DNA from: a virus
Lineage: Duplodnaviria; Heunggongvirae; Uroviricota; Caudoviricetes
Strand: one strand, 5' to 3'
Length of the DNA stretch: 64,000 nucleotides
Virus record (IMG/VR): IMGVR_UViG_3300029746_000007
Location: 19,505 to 83,504 of that record
Part shown: positions 27,866-36,933 of the stretch, piece by piece
Layout: each line of letters begins with the position of its first letter
How positions within the stretch are numbered: position 1 is the stretch's first letter
Notes under the pieces: model-generated
Database searches by the model: none
The model's input: the letters and a program-made list of their open reading frames with translations, nothing else
Told to the model about the DNA's origin: nothing
Program-made: the position numbers and the translations under genes

Positions 27866-28252
27866 ATGAGTGAAGTAAATTTATTTGAAGTAGCAACAAG
27901 AGAGAACTATTTATTTCCATTCAAAGGAATGATTAATGTGATTGATTTATGGAATTTATCTCTCACAAATCTCGATTCTGTATTCAAGACTCTCAATGCA
28001 GAAGTAAAAAAATCAGAAGAAGAAAGCCTTTTAAACGCAAAGACCAAAGAAGATGAAGATTTAACTAATAAAATTGAGATTATCAAATATATCGTCAACA
28101 AAAAATTAGCAGAAAAAGAAGCAAGAGAGAATGAAAAGAAGAACAAAGAAAAGAGACAGCGTATTCTTGAAATCAAAGCAAAAAGACAAGATGAAGCTCT
28201 TGAGAATATGTCTGATGAAGATTTGGATAAGTTGCTTGCGGACTTAAATTAA
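27866..28252 (+). CDS. charged coiled-coil protein
   Basis: AAAGGAGAATATAAAC RBS; KE-rich heptad-like sequence. Confidence 0.45.
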   Translation: MSEVNLFEVATRENYLFPFKGMINVIDLWNLSLTNLDSVFKTLNAEVKKSEEESLLNAKTKEDEDLTNKIEIIKYIVNKKLAEKEARENEKKNKEKRQRILEIKAKRQDEALENMSDEDLDKLLADLN

Positions 28253-28399
28253 TAGTATGTGGTGTGGTTGGTTTCATAACTAGCCACACTATTAGTAGCT
28301 AGATGAAAAGCATGTTTCATTGACAAAATTAATCAATATATAGTGTACGGTAAAGTATAAAACACAATATATAGTATATAAAATAGGAGGTAGTACATA

Positions 28400-28585
28400 T
28401 TGAAGTATAAGGTAGGAGATAAAGTACGTGTCAGACAATGGGATGATATGGTTGAAGAGTTCGGAGGAGGTGCTGGATCGATTGATACACCAGCATGTTC
28501 ATTCGAAGAAGATATGCGTCTATATTGTGGGACAATTGTAACTATAATGAAAACTGCTAAAGAGGAAGGATTAGTAACAGAATAA
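28400..28585 (+). CDS. hypothetical protein
   Basis: TTG start after ATAGGAGGTAGTACAT. Confidence 0.4.
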   Translation: MKYKVGDKVRVRQWDDMVEEFGGGAGSIDTPACSFEEDMRLYCGTIVTIMKTAKEEGLVTE

Positions 28586-28594
28586 CAGTATATT

Positions 28595-28623
28595 ATATGG
28601 CGGTCTGAAATAGATCGCCATAT
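28595..28623 (+). other. 8-bp hairpin (ATATGGCG/CGCCATAT) downstream of gene 28400..28585
   Basis: perfect stem with a 13-nt loop; the downstream T-run is weak. Confidence 0.35.
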
Positions 28624-28802
28624 TTCAAAAAGAGGTGAGAGTATGAAAGATTCTAGTAAGGTTTTGATGTCGGCTTGGATTTGTACGGCTTTAGTAGTGA
28701 TTGAGTCTATGATTATTAATCAAAATGCCGATAATGCATGGGTATTATTGATTCCAGGGTTGATTACCTTGACGAATTTTGTTGGATTTGGCGGTGACAA
28801 AG

Positions 28803-29069
28803 ATGATATGGAATAGAAATTTAGATAGAAAAATTAAAGAAGCAGGATGGCTATTGGATAAAAAAGATGACTATGGAGTCGTATACAAAAAGATTGCATC
28901 GGTTCACATTTATACTAAATATAAAGTTGTAAAAATACTCTATAATCAATTTGCTTTATATTCATCAATTCCAGGAATATCAGAGGAACCGGCAAGACTT
29001 ACATACAAAGAATTAAGGTTATTTGAAAAGAAATTCAAACAACTTAAGAAAGAATATGGGTGGAAGTAA
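28803..29069 (+). CDS. hypothetical protein
   Basis: ATG at 28803; the ORF track lists an earlier start at 28779. Confidence 0.35.
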   Translation: MIWNRNLDRKIKEAGWLLDKKDDYGVVYKKIASVHIYTKYKVVKILYNQFALYSSIPGISEEPARLTYKELRLFEKKFKQLKKEYGWK

Positions 29070-29380
29070 TGAAATATTATGTAGATGTTAGGGTACATGA
29101 AATTGTGCCAGAGACAAAGTTAAACCTTATTTTTATGGCTCCAGAGTTGTATTACGAATATTGTGATTCCGGTGTAGAGAATCAGATTAAAGAGGTCTGG
29201 AAATGTAGAAGTAACAAAGAAGTTGAATATGTATTACCAGTAGAAAACTATGGAACTGATAAGGAAATGGATCTTCGCATGGCTTATTTTAATGCAATTG
29301 GAGAAGTGCCGGTGTATCTTCAGAAATTTGAAGTTCCACATAGCTGGTATGTAAAGAAGATTGAAGAGGTTGGAGAATAA
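29069..29380 (+). CDS. hypothetical protein
   Basis: ATG at 29069 after GGGTGGAAGTA. Confidence 0.4.
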   Translation: MKYYVDVRVHEIVPETKLNLIFMAPELYYEYCDSGVENQIKEVWKCRSNKEVEYVLPVENYGTDKEMDLRMAYFNAIGEVPVYLQKFEVPHSWYVKKIEEVGE

Positions 29381-29422
29381 ATAGATAAACTGATGAAATC
29401 GAAATTTCAGGAGGTGTATTGA

Positions 29423-29992
29423 ATGGATCTTGGAGCATACATGAATATAGGAGAATTGGATAAAATTGCAAAGAATAATGGGATTGAAATTCCACGTATT
29501 CGTGGTTATAGATTAATGGAGAACGAGGAGCCGTTATCTAAAGAAGAGATAAAAGAAATTCAAAACAAATCTGTCATTGATGTAGCAAAAGGATTATGTG
29601 AAGCAGTTCCATTCTGGAGGGCAAACCCAGAATACCATGAATATAGTTCATGGACAAATATCCTAGAAGATTATTATCTTATTAAAGACAAAGATAGTAA
29701 ATATCCAAAATATATCGGAATTCGATGGGATAGAATTCATGGGTGGAAGCGTAAAATTCTAAAATTTGAGATTAAGAAGAAAAAGAAAAAGATTCAAAAG
29801 CAGTATGATCTTTGGAATAAATATGCTGGCGTGGAAAATGTATTATATATTCATTCAAGAATGGGCGGTTGGAATTGGAAAGAATATGATAAGAAAAATG
29901 ATATTCTAAACCAGCCGTGGTTTTTGGATAGAGTAGATGATTACTTTGATTCAACATATTGCGATTTCTATGCGAAGATAAAAGGAGAATAA
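29423..29992 (+). CDS. hypothetical protein
   Basis: CAGGAGGTGTATTGA RBS. Confidence 0.45.
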   Translation: MDLGAYMNIGELDKIAKNNGIEIPRIRGYRLMENEEPLSKEEIKEIQNKSVIDVAKGLCEAVPFWRANPEYHEYSSWTNILEDYYLIKDKDSKYPKYIGIRWDRIHGWKRKILKFEIKKKKKKIQKQYDLWNKYAGVENVLYIHSRMGGWNWKEYDKKNDILNQPWFLDRVDDYFDSTYCDFYAKIKGE

Positions 29993-29995
29993 GAA

Positions 29996-30301
29996 ATGAG
30001 AGATATGTCAATTGAAGGTAAAATCGAAGAAGCAAACATTGGCAATCCATTGTTGCAATTTCTTGGTAAAGAGAATGTTGAAGATATGAAAAAGCGTATT
30101 GTTGATGTGATTGTTGAGCAAGTTAGAGATGACATGCATGATTATCGTGAATATCTTATTAATCCGGATGATATTGTTGAATGTCTTATGGATGATACGA
30201 TTGATCGGGTTCAGGATCGAGTGCATGAGAAACTTGAAAAAGCTGTAATGGAAAGAGCGATGAAAAAGTTAGGACTTGATGTATCGGAGGTTGGTGAATA
30301 A
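29996..30301 (+). CDS. hypothetical acidic protein
   Basis: AAAGGAGAATAAGAA RBS. Confidence 0.4.
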   Translation: MRDMSIEGKIEEANIGNPLLQFLGKENVEDMKKRIVDVIVEQVRDDMHDYREYLINPDDIVECLMDDTIDRVQDRVHEKLEKAVMERAMKKLGLDVSEVGE

Positions 30302-30303
30302 GT

Positions 30304-30603
30304 ATGGGAATATTTAAAAATCACGTATCACGAAATTTATTCTGTGGTATGCCAAATGATAAGTTACAGAAATGTTATAGAAGCCGACAGAAAAGTTTGA
30401 TTGCAGGAGAAGCAATTGGAATTTGGGAAGATATGATTGATGCTTATAAAGAATTTGTGGATTGTAGTGAACACTCAAAAGCAGCCGAAGCACTCTGCGA
30501 AGCCCATATGAATGGAGAAATTGCTCATAGATTCTTCAAAATAATAAATATGAGTAATGATTTATGCGAATTATTTGGAGTTAAAAGAGATGACAGAGAA
30601 TAA
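30304..30603 (+). CDS. hypothetical protein
   Basis: GGAGGTTGGTGAATAAGT RBS. Confidence 0.4.
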   Translation: MGIFKNHVSRNLFCGMPNDKLQKCYRSRQKSLIAGEAIGIWEDMIDAYKEFVDCSEHSKAAEALCEAHMNGEIAHRFFKIINMSNDLCELFGVKRDDRE

Positions 30604-30988
30604 ACAATTAACAGATATCTACCTAATTTGCAAAGGTTGGTATAACAAGAGATTATATGATGATGAACTAGAAGCAATGAATGCTTATTATCATAAACAT
30701 TATTCAGGATGCGACGACATTGTTATGGATATTCCATTTGCGTTGCATTTGTTTCTAAAACCATTAGCATTGGAAATTATAAATAGAGATCCAAATAAAG
30801 CAAGATTTCTTTTTGTGGATGTAACGTTAAATGAAAATACTGAACTATTTCCTAATGCCATGTATAAAAGGATCATTCATATGATTTCTCAATGTACGAT
30901 TGGAATGTTTAATTTGTCTGAATATGAAGATATGTTTGCAAAAGCAAGAGCGTGTAAATACGAAGATGAAACACTCGGAATTATTTGA
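30590..30988 (+). CDS. hypothetical protein
   Basis: in-frame ATG at 30590 (the ORF track starts at 30557). Confidence 0.4.
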   Translation: MTENKQLTDIYLICKGWYNKRLYDDELEAMNAYYHKHYSGCDDIVMDIPFALHLFLKPLALEIINRDPNKARFLFVDVTLNENTELFPNAMYKRIIHMISQCTIGMFNLSEYEDMFAKARACKYEDETLGII

Positions 30989-31003
30989 TATGAGGCGATA
31001 TAT

Positions 31004-31300
31004 ATGATAAATGAATTTATTAATGAGATAAAAGAATTACAAAAATACAAAGAAAAATATTTATATGCAGAGAAAGACAAAGAACGTATGTCTGATTTGT
31101 TATATGAGTATATGATGAGAGAATATAAGAGAATGCCAAAACAAAAAAGAATAGAAAAATATGAAGAAGAATGTTGTAAATGTTGCAGATATAGAGAGTA
31201 TTGTAATTTTGATTTCCCACAAAATATTTATCAACCAATTCAAAGTAACAACGCATGGATTCCTGGCAGAGTAGGGTGCGGAAAATTTGAATGGTCATGA
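31004..31300 (+). CDS. Cys-rich hypothetical protein
   Basis: EECCKCCRYREYC motif; GAGGCGATATAT RBS. Confidence 0.45.
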   Translation: MINEFINEIKELQKYKEKYLYAEKDKERMSDLLYEYMMREYKRMPKQKRIEKYEEECCKCCRYREYCNFDFPQNIYQPIQSNNAWIPGRVGCGKFEWS

Positions 31301-31367
31301 AACCGATATTTCATTGTTAATTTATAACTATATATAGTATGTGACTGTATTATGACATACTATATGT

Positions 31368-31559
31368 ATGGTGTGGAGAGTGATTATGGAAAAACAAATA
31401 GTAGCTTTGGCAATGGGTATTTCTCTTATATATTTCATAGATGGACTAGCAGAAATTATATCAAAGAAAAAAGATGCAGAATATAAATTCTATTATGTTG
31501 CATGTCCTCTATATATAACTTTGGTGCTGGCGTATCTGACGGTAAAATATTTGAGTTGA
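31368..31559 (+). CDS. small membrane protein
   Basis: two hydrophobic stretches; GGTGTGGAGAGTGATT RBS. Confidence 0.35.
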   Translation: MVWRVIMEKQIVALAMGISLIYFIDGLAEIISKKKDAEYKFYYVACPLYITLVLAYLTVKYLS

Positions 31560-31598
31560 TGACTACAAAAGTGGTGGAATATTTTAGGAGATATATAT

Positions 31599-31814
31599 AT
31601 GAAAGTAGAACAAAAAACAATTAGATTAACCGAAGAAGAGAGTAAAACGCTCTGGCGAGCAGAAATGCTTTGTCGTGGTATAGAAAACGAGGTCAACAAG
31701 ATTATTGATTTAAACGATAAAGAGAAAGAAGAAATGACTAAAGAATTAGGAGTTTTTAGACATTTGTTATGTCTTAGTCCATATGATGTGGAAGTGCGAT
31801 TTCCAATCTTTTAA
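31599..31814 (+). CDS. hypothetical protein
   Basis: TTTTAGGAGATATATAT RBS. Confidence 0.35.
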   Translation: MKVEQKTIRLTEEESKTLWRAEMLCRGIENEVNKIIDLNDKEKEEMTKELGVFRHLLCLSPYDVEVRFPIF

Positions 31815-31848
31815 TGGTAACTAAACGGCAGTTTCAAGGTGATAAATT

Positions 31849-32058
31849 ATGAAAATAATTAGTGTTGGAAACATACAAAAGAAATGCCAAAAATGTGGAT
31901 GTCTTATGGAATATGATTTAAATGATATACGCAGGAAGAAAGTTTCTACAAAGACAGGCACATTTGGTAAGCGAGAGTATTGGAATATCGAATATATTAT
32001 ATGTCCTTGGTGCAATAAAGAAATTGAAATCGATGCACATTGTACAAGTAATTGGTAA
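31849..32058 (+). CDS. zinc-ribbon protein
   Basis: CQKCGC ... CPWCNKE. Confidence 0.4.
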   Translation: MKIISVGNIQKKCQKCGCLMEYDLNDIRRKKVSTKTGTFGKREYWNIEYIICPWCNKEIEIDAHCTSNW

Positions 32059-32079
32059 TTTGAGAAAGAGGTAGGATAA

Positions 32080-32451
32080 ATGTTGGATGAAATTACGGTT
32101 AAAGATATAAAAAAGAAATTTGTAAAACCTGAATTTTGGGATTTCATTTTTGAGACGGCATACGGTATGACTGATTCGGAAGCACTGAACAAGGCAGCGG
32201 ATAAACATTATATAAAAACATTCGATACTGTTATGAACACAAATGTAGATGGGCTGATAGATTACATTAATATGCACATTCGTCATAAAGTTCCTATTAC
32301 AAGAAAAGGCATAAATGATTTTATTCTTTATATCATGGACGGTTTAAATGAAAATATTGAATTAACTGGGATGAAAGGTGTTCGTTTTCAGATGATTGTG
32401 TCTTATTTATATGATATGATTTTCGAATCTACATGGCAATACTTTCGATAG
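32080..32451 (+). CDS. hypothetical protein
   Basis: AGAGGTAGGATAA RBS. Confidence 0.45.
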   Translation: MLDEITVKDIKKKFVKPEFWDFIFETAYGMTDSEALNKAADKHYIKTFDTVMNTNVDGLIDYINMHIRHKVPITRKGINDFILYIMDGLNENIELTGMKGVRFQMIVSYLYDMIFESTWQYFR

Positions 32452-32482
32452 GAAAATAAATGATATGAATAAAGAATAGAGG

Positions 32483-32779
32483 ATGGACATTATGAATTTA
32501 CAGGAGAATCTTAAACAAATAAGGAAGAACTCAGAGCAAATGTCATGGTCTGGATGTGGAAATTGCAGCAGAAGAAAATTTTATCAAACCGGATATGAAG
32601 ATGGACTGAAAGAATCAGAAAAAGAATTGCGAGAGCTTAGAGAATATAAGCATAAGGTTGAAAAGTTTATTTCAGAGTATGACGGTAGTATTGTATTGCT
32701 TCCGGGAGAAGTTGTTTTGACTTCGAATCAGTGTATTCAGAAATTAAAAGAGGAACTTGGGTATGAAGAAGAAAGATAA
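32483..32779 (+). CDS. hypothetical protein
   Basis: ATAGAGGATGGACATT RBS. Confidence 0.4.
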   Translation: MDIMNLQENLKQIRKNSEQMSWSGCGNCSRRKFYQTGYEDGLKESEKELRELREYKHKVEKFISEYDGSIVLLPGEVVLTSNQCIQKLKEELGYEEER

Positions 32780-33002
32780 AATTAAAAAATTAGAAGAAGA
32801 ATTGGAGTGGTATAGAAAAAATTATAAAAAAGTGTGTAGCACTGTATACGAGATTAGTGAAGCTCTTATGCCTGGATATTATATTACAGATAGTTGTAAT
32901 GGGACTCAAGCGTGTGAGATTCTCTCCAAAAAGATAATTAAAGATTTTGCTCCAAAGAAAAAGATAAACTGGGGATGCTGGTTCCCAAAATGTATGAAGT
33001 GA
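32757..33002 (+). CDS. hypothetical protein
   Basis: overlaps the upstream gene by 23 nt. Confidence 0.35.
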   Translation: MGMKKKDKIKKLEEELEWYRKNYKKVCSTVYEISEALMPGYYITDSCNGTQACEILSKKIIKDFAPKKKINWGCWFPKCMK

Positions 33003-33117
33003 AAATTACTGTGGAAATAAAAAATCAGATAGAAAAATTTTTACGAGTAAATAGAGGAAAATAAGCGAACGTTGCTTTCATGAGGAGAAATATATAAAAC
33101 AAAAAGGAGATAAAAAT

Positions 33118-33744
33118 ATGATGAATAATTTATTAAATGGAATGTTTGGAAAAGTAGGAAGTGGAATGTGTAGACTGTCGATGAATGGGAATATTGCAGT
33201 TAAAACTTCTAATGGGTATAAAACTTATAATGTAAAAACTGGTAGACTTACAAATTGTAATAATTTTGTATTCGATCTTGGAGAGGAATTCTTCTTTGTT
33301 ATTCCAACAAACAAAGTGTCTAAAGGAGATATTATTCTTGCAAATGATGGAACCGGAAGAAAGCCAAAATGCGTTATGGAAGTAGAAGAAAATAAGATTA
33401 CTGTTATCAATTATGAAGATTCTACAATCGAAACGATTCTTCCGGAAAGACATGTATTTATGGGGAATACATATTTCTATGGAAAAATTGTATCAATGTT
33501 TGGAAATGACGCTGTGAAAGGCAAGAAAGGTACAAATAATATTTTTAAATATATGATGCTTTCTCAGATGATGAAGGGCAACGACGGAAATGCAACTGGT
33601 ATGATTGGTGCAAATAATGGTATGAGCGCAATGTTACCGTTTATGATGATGGGAGGTAATATGGGAGATATGTTTGACGGAATGTTTGATTTCGATATGA
33701 ACGATGAAGATGAAGTAGAGAATACAGAAGAGGAGGACGCATAG
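33118..33744 (+). CDS. Gly/Met-rich low-complexity protein with acidic tail
   Basis: AAAGGAGATAAAAAT RBS; C-terminal NGMSAMLPFMMMGGNMGDMFDGMFDFD repeats. Confidence 0.45.
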   Translation: MMNNLLNGMFGKVGSGMCRLSMNGNIAVKTSNGYKTYNVKTGRLTNCNNFVFDLGEEFFFVIPTNKVSKGDIILANDGTGRKPKCVMEVEENKITVINYEDSTIETILPERHVFMGNTYFYGKIVSMFGNDAVKGKKGTNNIFKYMMLSQMMKGNDGNATGMIGANNGMSAMLPFMMMGGNMGDMFDGMFDFDMNDEDEVENTEEEDA

Positions 33745-33745
33745 T

Positions 33746-34624
33746 ATGGGATGTGGTTCATGGACAAGTGATAGTTTTAAAAGTTATTCAAAATCAGTAG
33801 GAAGATCAGTTTCGAAGTCTGGGGTTATCGATTCAGTCTATAGTAATCAGGAGATGTTTAAGGCAAAATATCTTGATCCGGCATTAGATCCCAAAAATGT
33901 TATTAGAGAGTGTTGTGATTCAGAAGAACATCCAAATACATTGCCGGTTATTTTGGCTTTAGATGTTACTGGAAGTATGGGAAATGCAGCTGTCGAAGTT
34001 GCTAAAAAGTTAAATGTAATTATGACAAAACTTTACAAGGACGTAAAAGATGTAGAGTTTATGATTATGGGAATTGGGGATTTAGCATATGATGGTTGTC
34101 CAATTCAGGTATCTCAGTTTGAGTCAGATATTCGCATCGCTGAACAATTGGATAAAATTTACTTCGAATTTGGAGGAGGTGGAAATAGTTTTGAATCATA
34201 TACAGCTGCATGGTATTTCGGTTCACGTCACACCAAACTTGATTGTTTAAATCGTGGTAAAAAAGGAATTATTATCACGATGGGAGATGAACAACTTAAT
34301 CCATATCTCCCATTAAAAGGCAGAAGAAGTGGTTTAATGGAGGTAACTGGAGACGATCTTCAGTCAGACGTAGAAACAAAAGACTTATACGATGAAGCTT
34401 CTCAGAAATTTAATATTTATCATTTAGACGTAAGTCATGGTTACAGATGGGATGAAGATGAGATTGAAAAATCTTATAAAAAGTATCTTGACGATGTTCA
34501 TTTTAGAAGAGTAACTATGGATAATATTACGAATGAGATTGTGGATATTATCATCAATGAAGCGGAGAATAATATAACAGATACAGTTGTAACACCTTCT
34601 AACTCAGAAGGGATTACTTGGTAA
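33746..34624 (+). CDS. von Willebrand factor A (vWA) domain protein
   Basis: MIDAS-like LALDVTGSMGN plus later ITMGDE and GGGGNS motifs; start overlaps the upstream stop. Confidence 0.6.
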   Translation: MGCGSWTSDSFKSYSKSVGRSVSKSGVIDSVYSNQEMFKAKYLDPALDPKNVIRECCDSEEHPNTLPVILALDVTGSMGNAAVEVAKKLNVIMTKLYKDVKDVEFMIMGIGDLAYDGCPIQVSQFESDIRIAEQLDKIYFEFGGGGNSFESYTAAWYFGSRHTKLDCLNRGKKGIIITMGDEQLNPYLPLKGRRSGLMEVTGDDLQSDVETKDLYDEASQKFNIYHLDVSHGYRWDEDEIEKSYKKYLDDVHFRRVTMDNITNEIVDIIINEAENNITDTVVTPSNSEGITW

Positions 34625-34683
34625 GATAGGAGATAAAAAAGATAAGTAAATTTATAGATATAACAGGTAATAAGTACGGTCAT

Positions 34684-35409
34684 TTGACCGTACTTAGAAG
34701 AGGAGAAGATTTAGTAAAAAAGAATGGAAATAGAGATACAAGATGGTATTGCTCTTGTGATTGTGGAAGCGGTAAAGAAGTATTGGTTCTTGGATACAAT
34801 CTGAAAAATGGAAATACAACTTCTTGTGGTTGTGAACATTTAAAAAATGCAAAAAGAAGTGGAAGTTTGACTGGAAAAATAAATGGAAAAAAGAATAAAA
34901 AATATAATACGTATAATCTTAGTGGAGAATATGGTATTGGATACACAACTAAAGGAGAAGAGTTTTATTTCGACTTAGAGGATTATGACAAAATCAAAGA
35001 TTATTGTTGGTATATAGATGAAAATGGATATGTTGTTAATCGTACAGATAAAGATGATGTATTGATGCATAGATTAATAATGGGATTAACAAAGGGCGAC
35101 AAACGTGAAATAGATCACATATATCACAAAACTAATGATAATAGAAAAGCACAATTGAGAGTGGTTTGTTCTTCTGAAAATAAAATGAATAAAAGACTTC
35201 AATCAAATAATAGTAGTGGTCATAGAGGTGTTTCTTATAATAAGCAATATGGAAAATGGGAAGCAGAAATAAGCGCATATAACTCTAAAGTTCGATTAGG
35301 ATATTTTGATGATATAAATGAAGCTATTCATATTCGTGAGCAAGCAGAAGAAAAATATTTTGGAGAATATAACTATAAAGGAGGTGGTGTATCCTATGAA
35401 GAACATTAA
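34684..35409 (+). CDS. HNH homing endonuclease with AP2 DNA-binding domain
   Basis: HNH block HRLIMGL..REIDHIYH..NDNR..LRVV and AP2-like GHRGVSYNKQYGKWEAEISAYNSKVRLGYFDDINEAIHIREQAEEKYFG; the in-frame upstream stretch IDITGNKYGHL suggests the real start lies before the TTG at 34684. Confidence 0.7.
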   Translation: MTVLRRGEDLVKKNGNRDTRWYCSCDCGSGKEVLVLGYNLKNGNTTSCGCEHLKNAKRSGSLTGKINGKKNKKYNTYNLSGEYGIGYTTKGEEFYFDLEDYDKIKDYCWYIDENGYVVNRTDKDDVLMHRLIMGLTKGDKREIDHIYHKTNDNRKAQLRVVCSSENKMNKRLQSNNSSGHRGVSYNKQYGKWEAEISAYNSKVRLGYFDDINEAIHIREQAEEKYFGEYNYKGGGVSYEEH

Positions 35410-35453
35410 AGTTGTCATAGGAGCCTGAGAACTTTGGAGATGAGGGAAAAGGT

Positions 35454-36509
35454 TTGATGACAGATTATTTCTCGCAAAAACCTAATAGTATTGTTGTTTG
35501 TTCGAATGGTGGAGCGCAAAGAGGACATACTGTAGTTACCTCAACTGGAATCAGACATGTCTTTCATCATTTTGGCTCAGGGACTTTCAATCAAGCGGAT
35601 ACATATCTCTCAGAAGACTTTATTTGCAATCCGATTATTTTTAAGCAAGAATACAATGAATTAAAACAACTAGGCTATTGTCCGAACATTTATATAAATC
35701 AACATTGTATGGTAACAACTCCATATGATATGATGGCTAATCAAATTATAGAAGAGAAACGTGGAAAGAATAAGCATGGAAGTTGTGGTCTTGGAATTTA
35801 TGAGACAATTAAAAGATATAAAGCCGGAGTAACTACTTTGTATGCCTCCGATTATATCCGAGATTATTACTTAAAGATTTTCGACAGAGAAGGAATTGTC
35901 TTAACTAAGAAATGGGAAGATTTGTTCAATGATTCAGGAATTTACGATCATTGTTTGGAAGATTGGGATTTTATGAACGAAGTAGCAACAACGATTTCTG
36001 ATGAATGTTTTCTCAATGAGTACGAGAATATAGTATTTGAAGCTGCACAAGGTCTTTTACTTGATCAAAATAATCTGAAATATTATCCACATCTTACACC
36101 CTCTAACACAGGAATAAAAAATCCAAAGAAAATAATTGAAAATGTGAAATGGGACGATGATATTAACATTGAGACATGTTATGTGTCAAGGACATATTTA
36201 ACAAGGCATGGAGCAGGGCAATTCCCATCTGAATGTGACAAGTCGCTAATCAATCAAAGAATGTATGATAAGACTAATGTTCCAAATCCGCATCAAGATA
36301 CTTTGAGATATGGTTTGCTCGATTTAGATCAATTATACGATAGATGTATAAAAGATGTTGAAGGTTTTGGACATAAAAAATCTATTGTGTTTACACATAT
36401 AAATGAATACTCCATGAGTAAAAAAAGAATTAAGAGTCTATTTGACGATTGGGACATCTATTTTTCAGACGGCGAGACACATAATGATATATATAGAATA
36501 AATAATTAA
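35454..36509 (+). CDS. adenylosuccinate synthetase-family protein (PurA homolog; candidate PurZ-type enzyme); N-terminus unresolved
   Basis: SNGGAQRGHT, FEAAQGLLLD and TRHGAGQFPSE align with PurA motifs GGHNAGHT, FEGAQGTLLD and TRVGAGPFPTE (PurA sequence recalled from memory); the P-loop GDEGKG is encoded in frame at 35436..35453, before the first start codon and after an in-frame TAG at 35418. Confidence 0.7.
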   Translation: MMTDYFSQKPNSIVVCSNGGAQRGHTVVTSTGIRHVFHHFGSGTFNQADTYLSEDFICNPIIFKQEYNELKQLGYCPNIYINQHCMVTTPYDMMANQIIEEKRGKNKHGSCGLGIYETIKRYKAGVTTLYASDYIRDYYLKIFDREGIVLTKKWEDLFNDSGIYDHCLEDWDFMNEVATTISDECFLNEYENIVFEAAQGLLLDQNNLKYYPHLTPSNTGIKNPKKIIENVKWDDDINIETCYVSRTYLTRHGAGQFPSECDKSLINQRMYDKTNVPNPHQDTLRYGLLDLDQLYDRCIKDVEGFGHKKSIVFTHINEYSMSKKRIKSLFDDWDIYFSDGETHNDIYRINN

Positions 36510-36718
36510 TGAAATGTTGGTTTCATTGGGTGGTGATTTTTATAAATTTTCAAGAAATAATCAAAAAAGATGATAAGATCATCGAAATTAAGCTAAGTAG
36601 ATACTTTTATACAGACGAAGAGTTTAAAAACCTTGAAAATAAAGGGTTTTTGGTGTCCTGGATGGAAGATAATATAAAAAATGAGGAAGAAATTTTTGAT
36701 ATTATAATTCCAGAATAA
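36509..36718 (+). CDS. hypothetical protein (doubtful start)
   Basis: its ATG lies inside the recurrent TGAAA...TTTCA hairpin motif. Confidence 0.3.
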   Translation: MKCWFHWVVIFINFQEIIKKDDKIIEIKLSRYFYTDEEFKNLENKGFLVSWMEDNIKNEEEIFDIIIPE

Positions 36719-36933
36719 TAAATAAAAACAAATGAAACACGCATTTCATTGGAGGTGAGTATATGGCGTATAAATCAAAAAAAGATGTTGCAAAAGCATT
36801 AATAATTTGTGCCAATGCAGACTCATGTGAATTATGTCCATATAAAGATTTTGATTATGCAGTAGAGAAAATTCATTGTAGCGAACAAGTAATGATGGAT
36901 GCTGCCGAATATTTGAGCGAAGAATAATTTTGT

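Noticed and set aside
28253-28399. Possible promoter TTGACA at 28320 with downstream TATA-rich sequence
   Set aside because: Spacing to any good -10 hexamer is 13-14 nt, so it is not a convincing sigma-A promoter.
34625-35453. Group I intron carrying the HNH ORF inside the purA-like gene
   Set aside because: Only 59 nt precede and 11 nt follow the HNH ORF before the flanking coding sequences, leaving no room for P1-P9 core elements. There is also no obvious exon 1 upstream, because the vWA gene ends at 34624. An intron cannot be excluded without RNA data, but it is less likely than a homing-endonuclease insertion or truncation.
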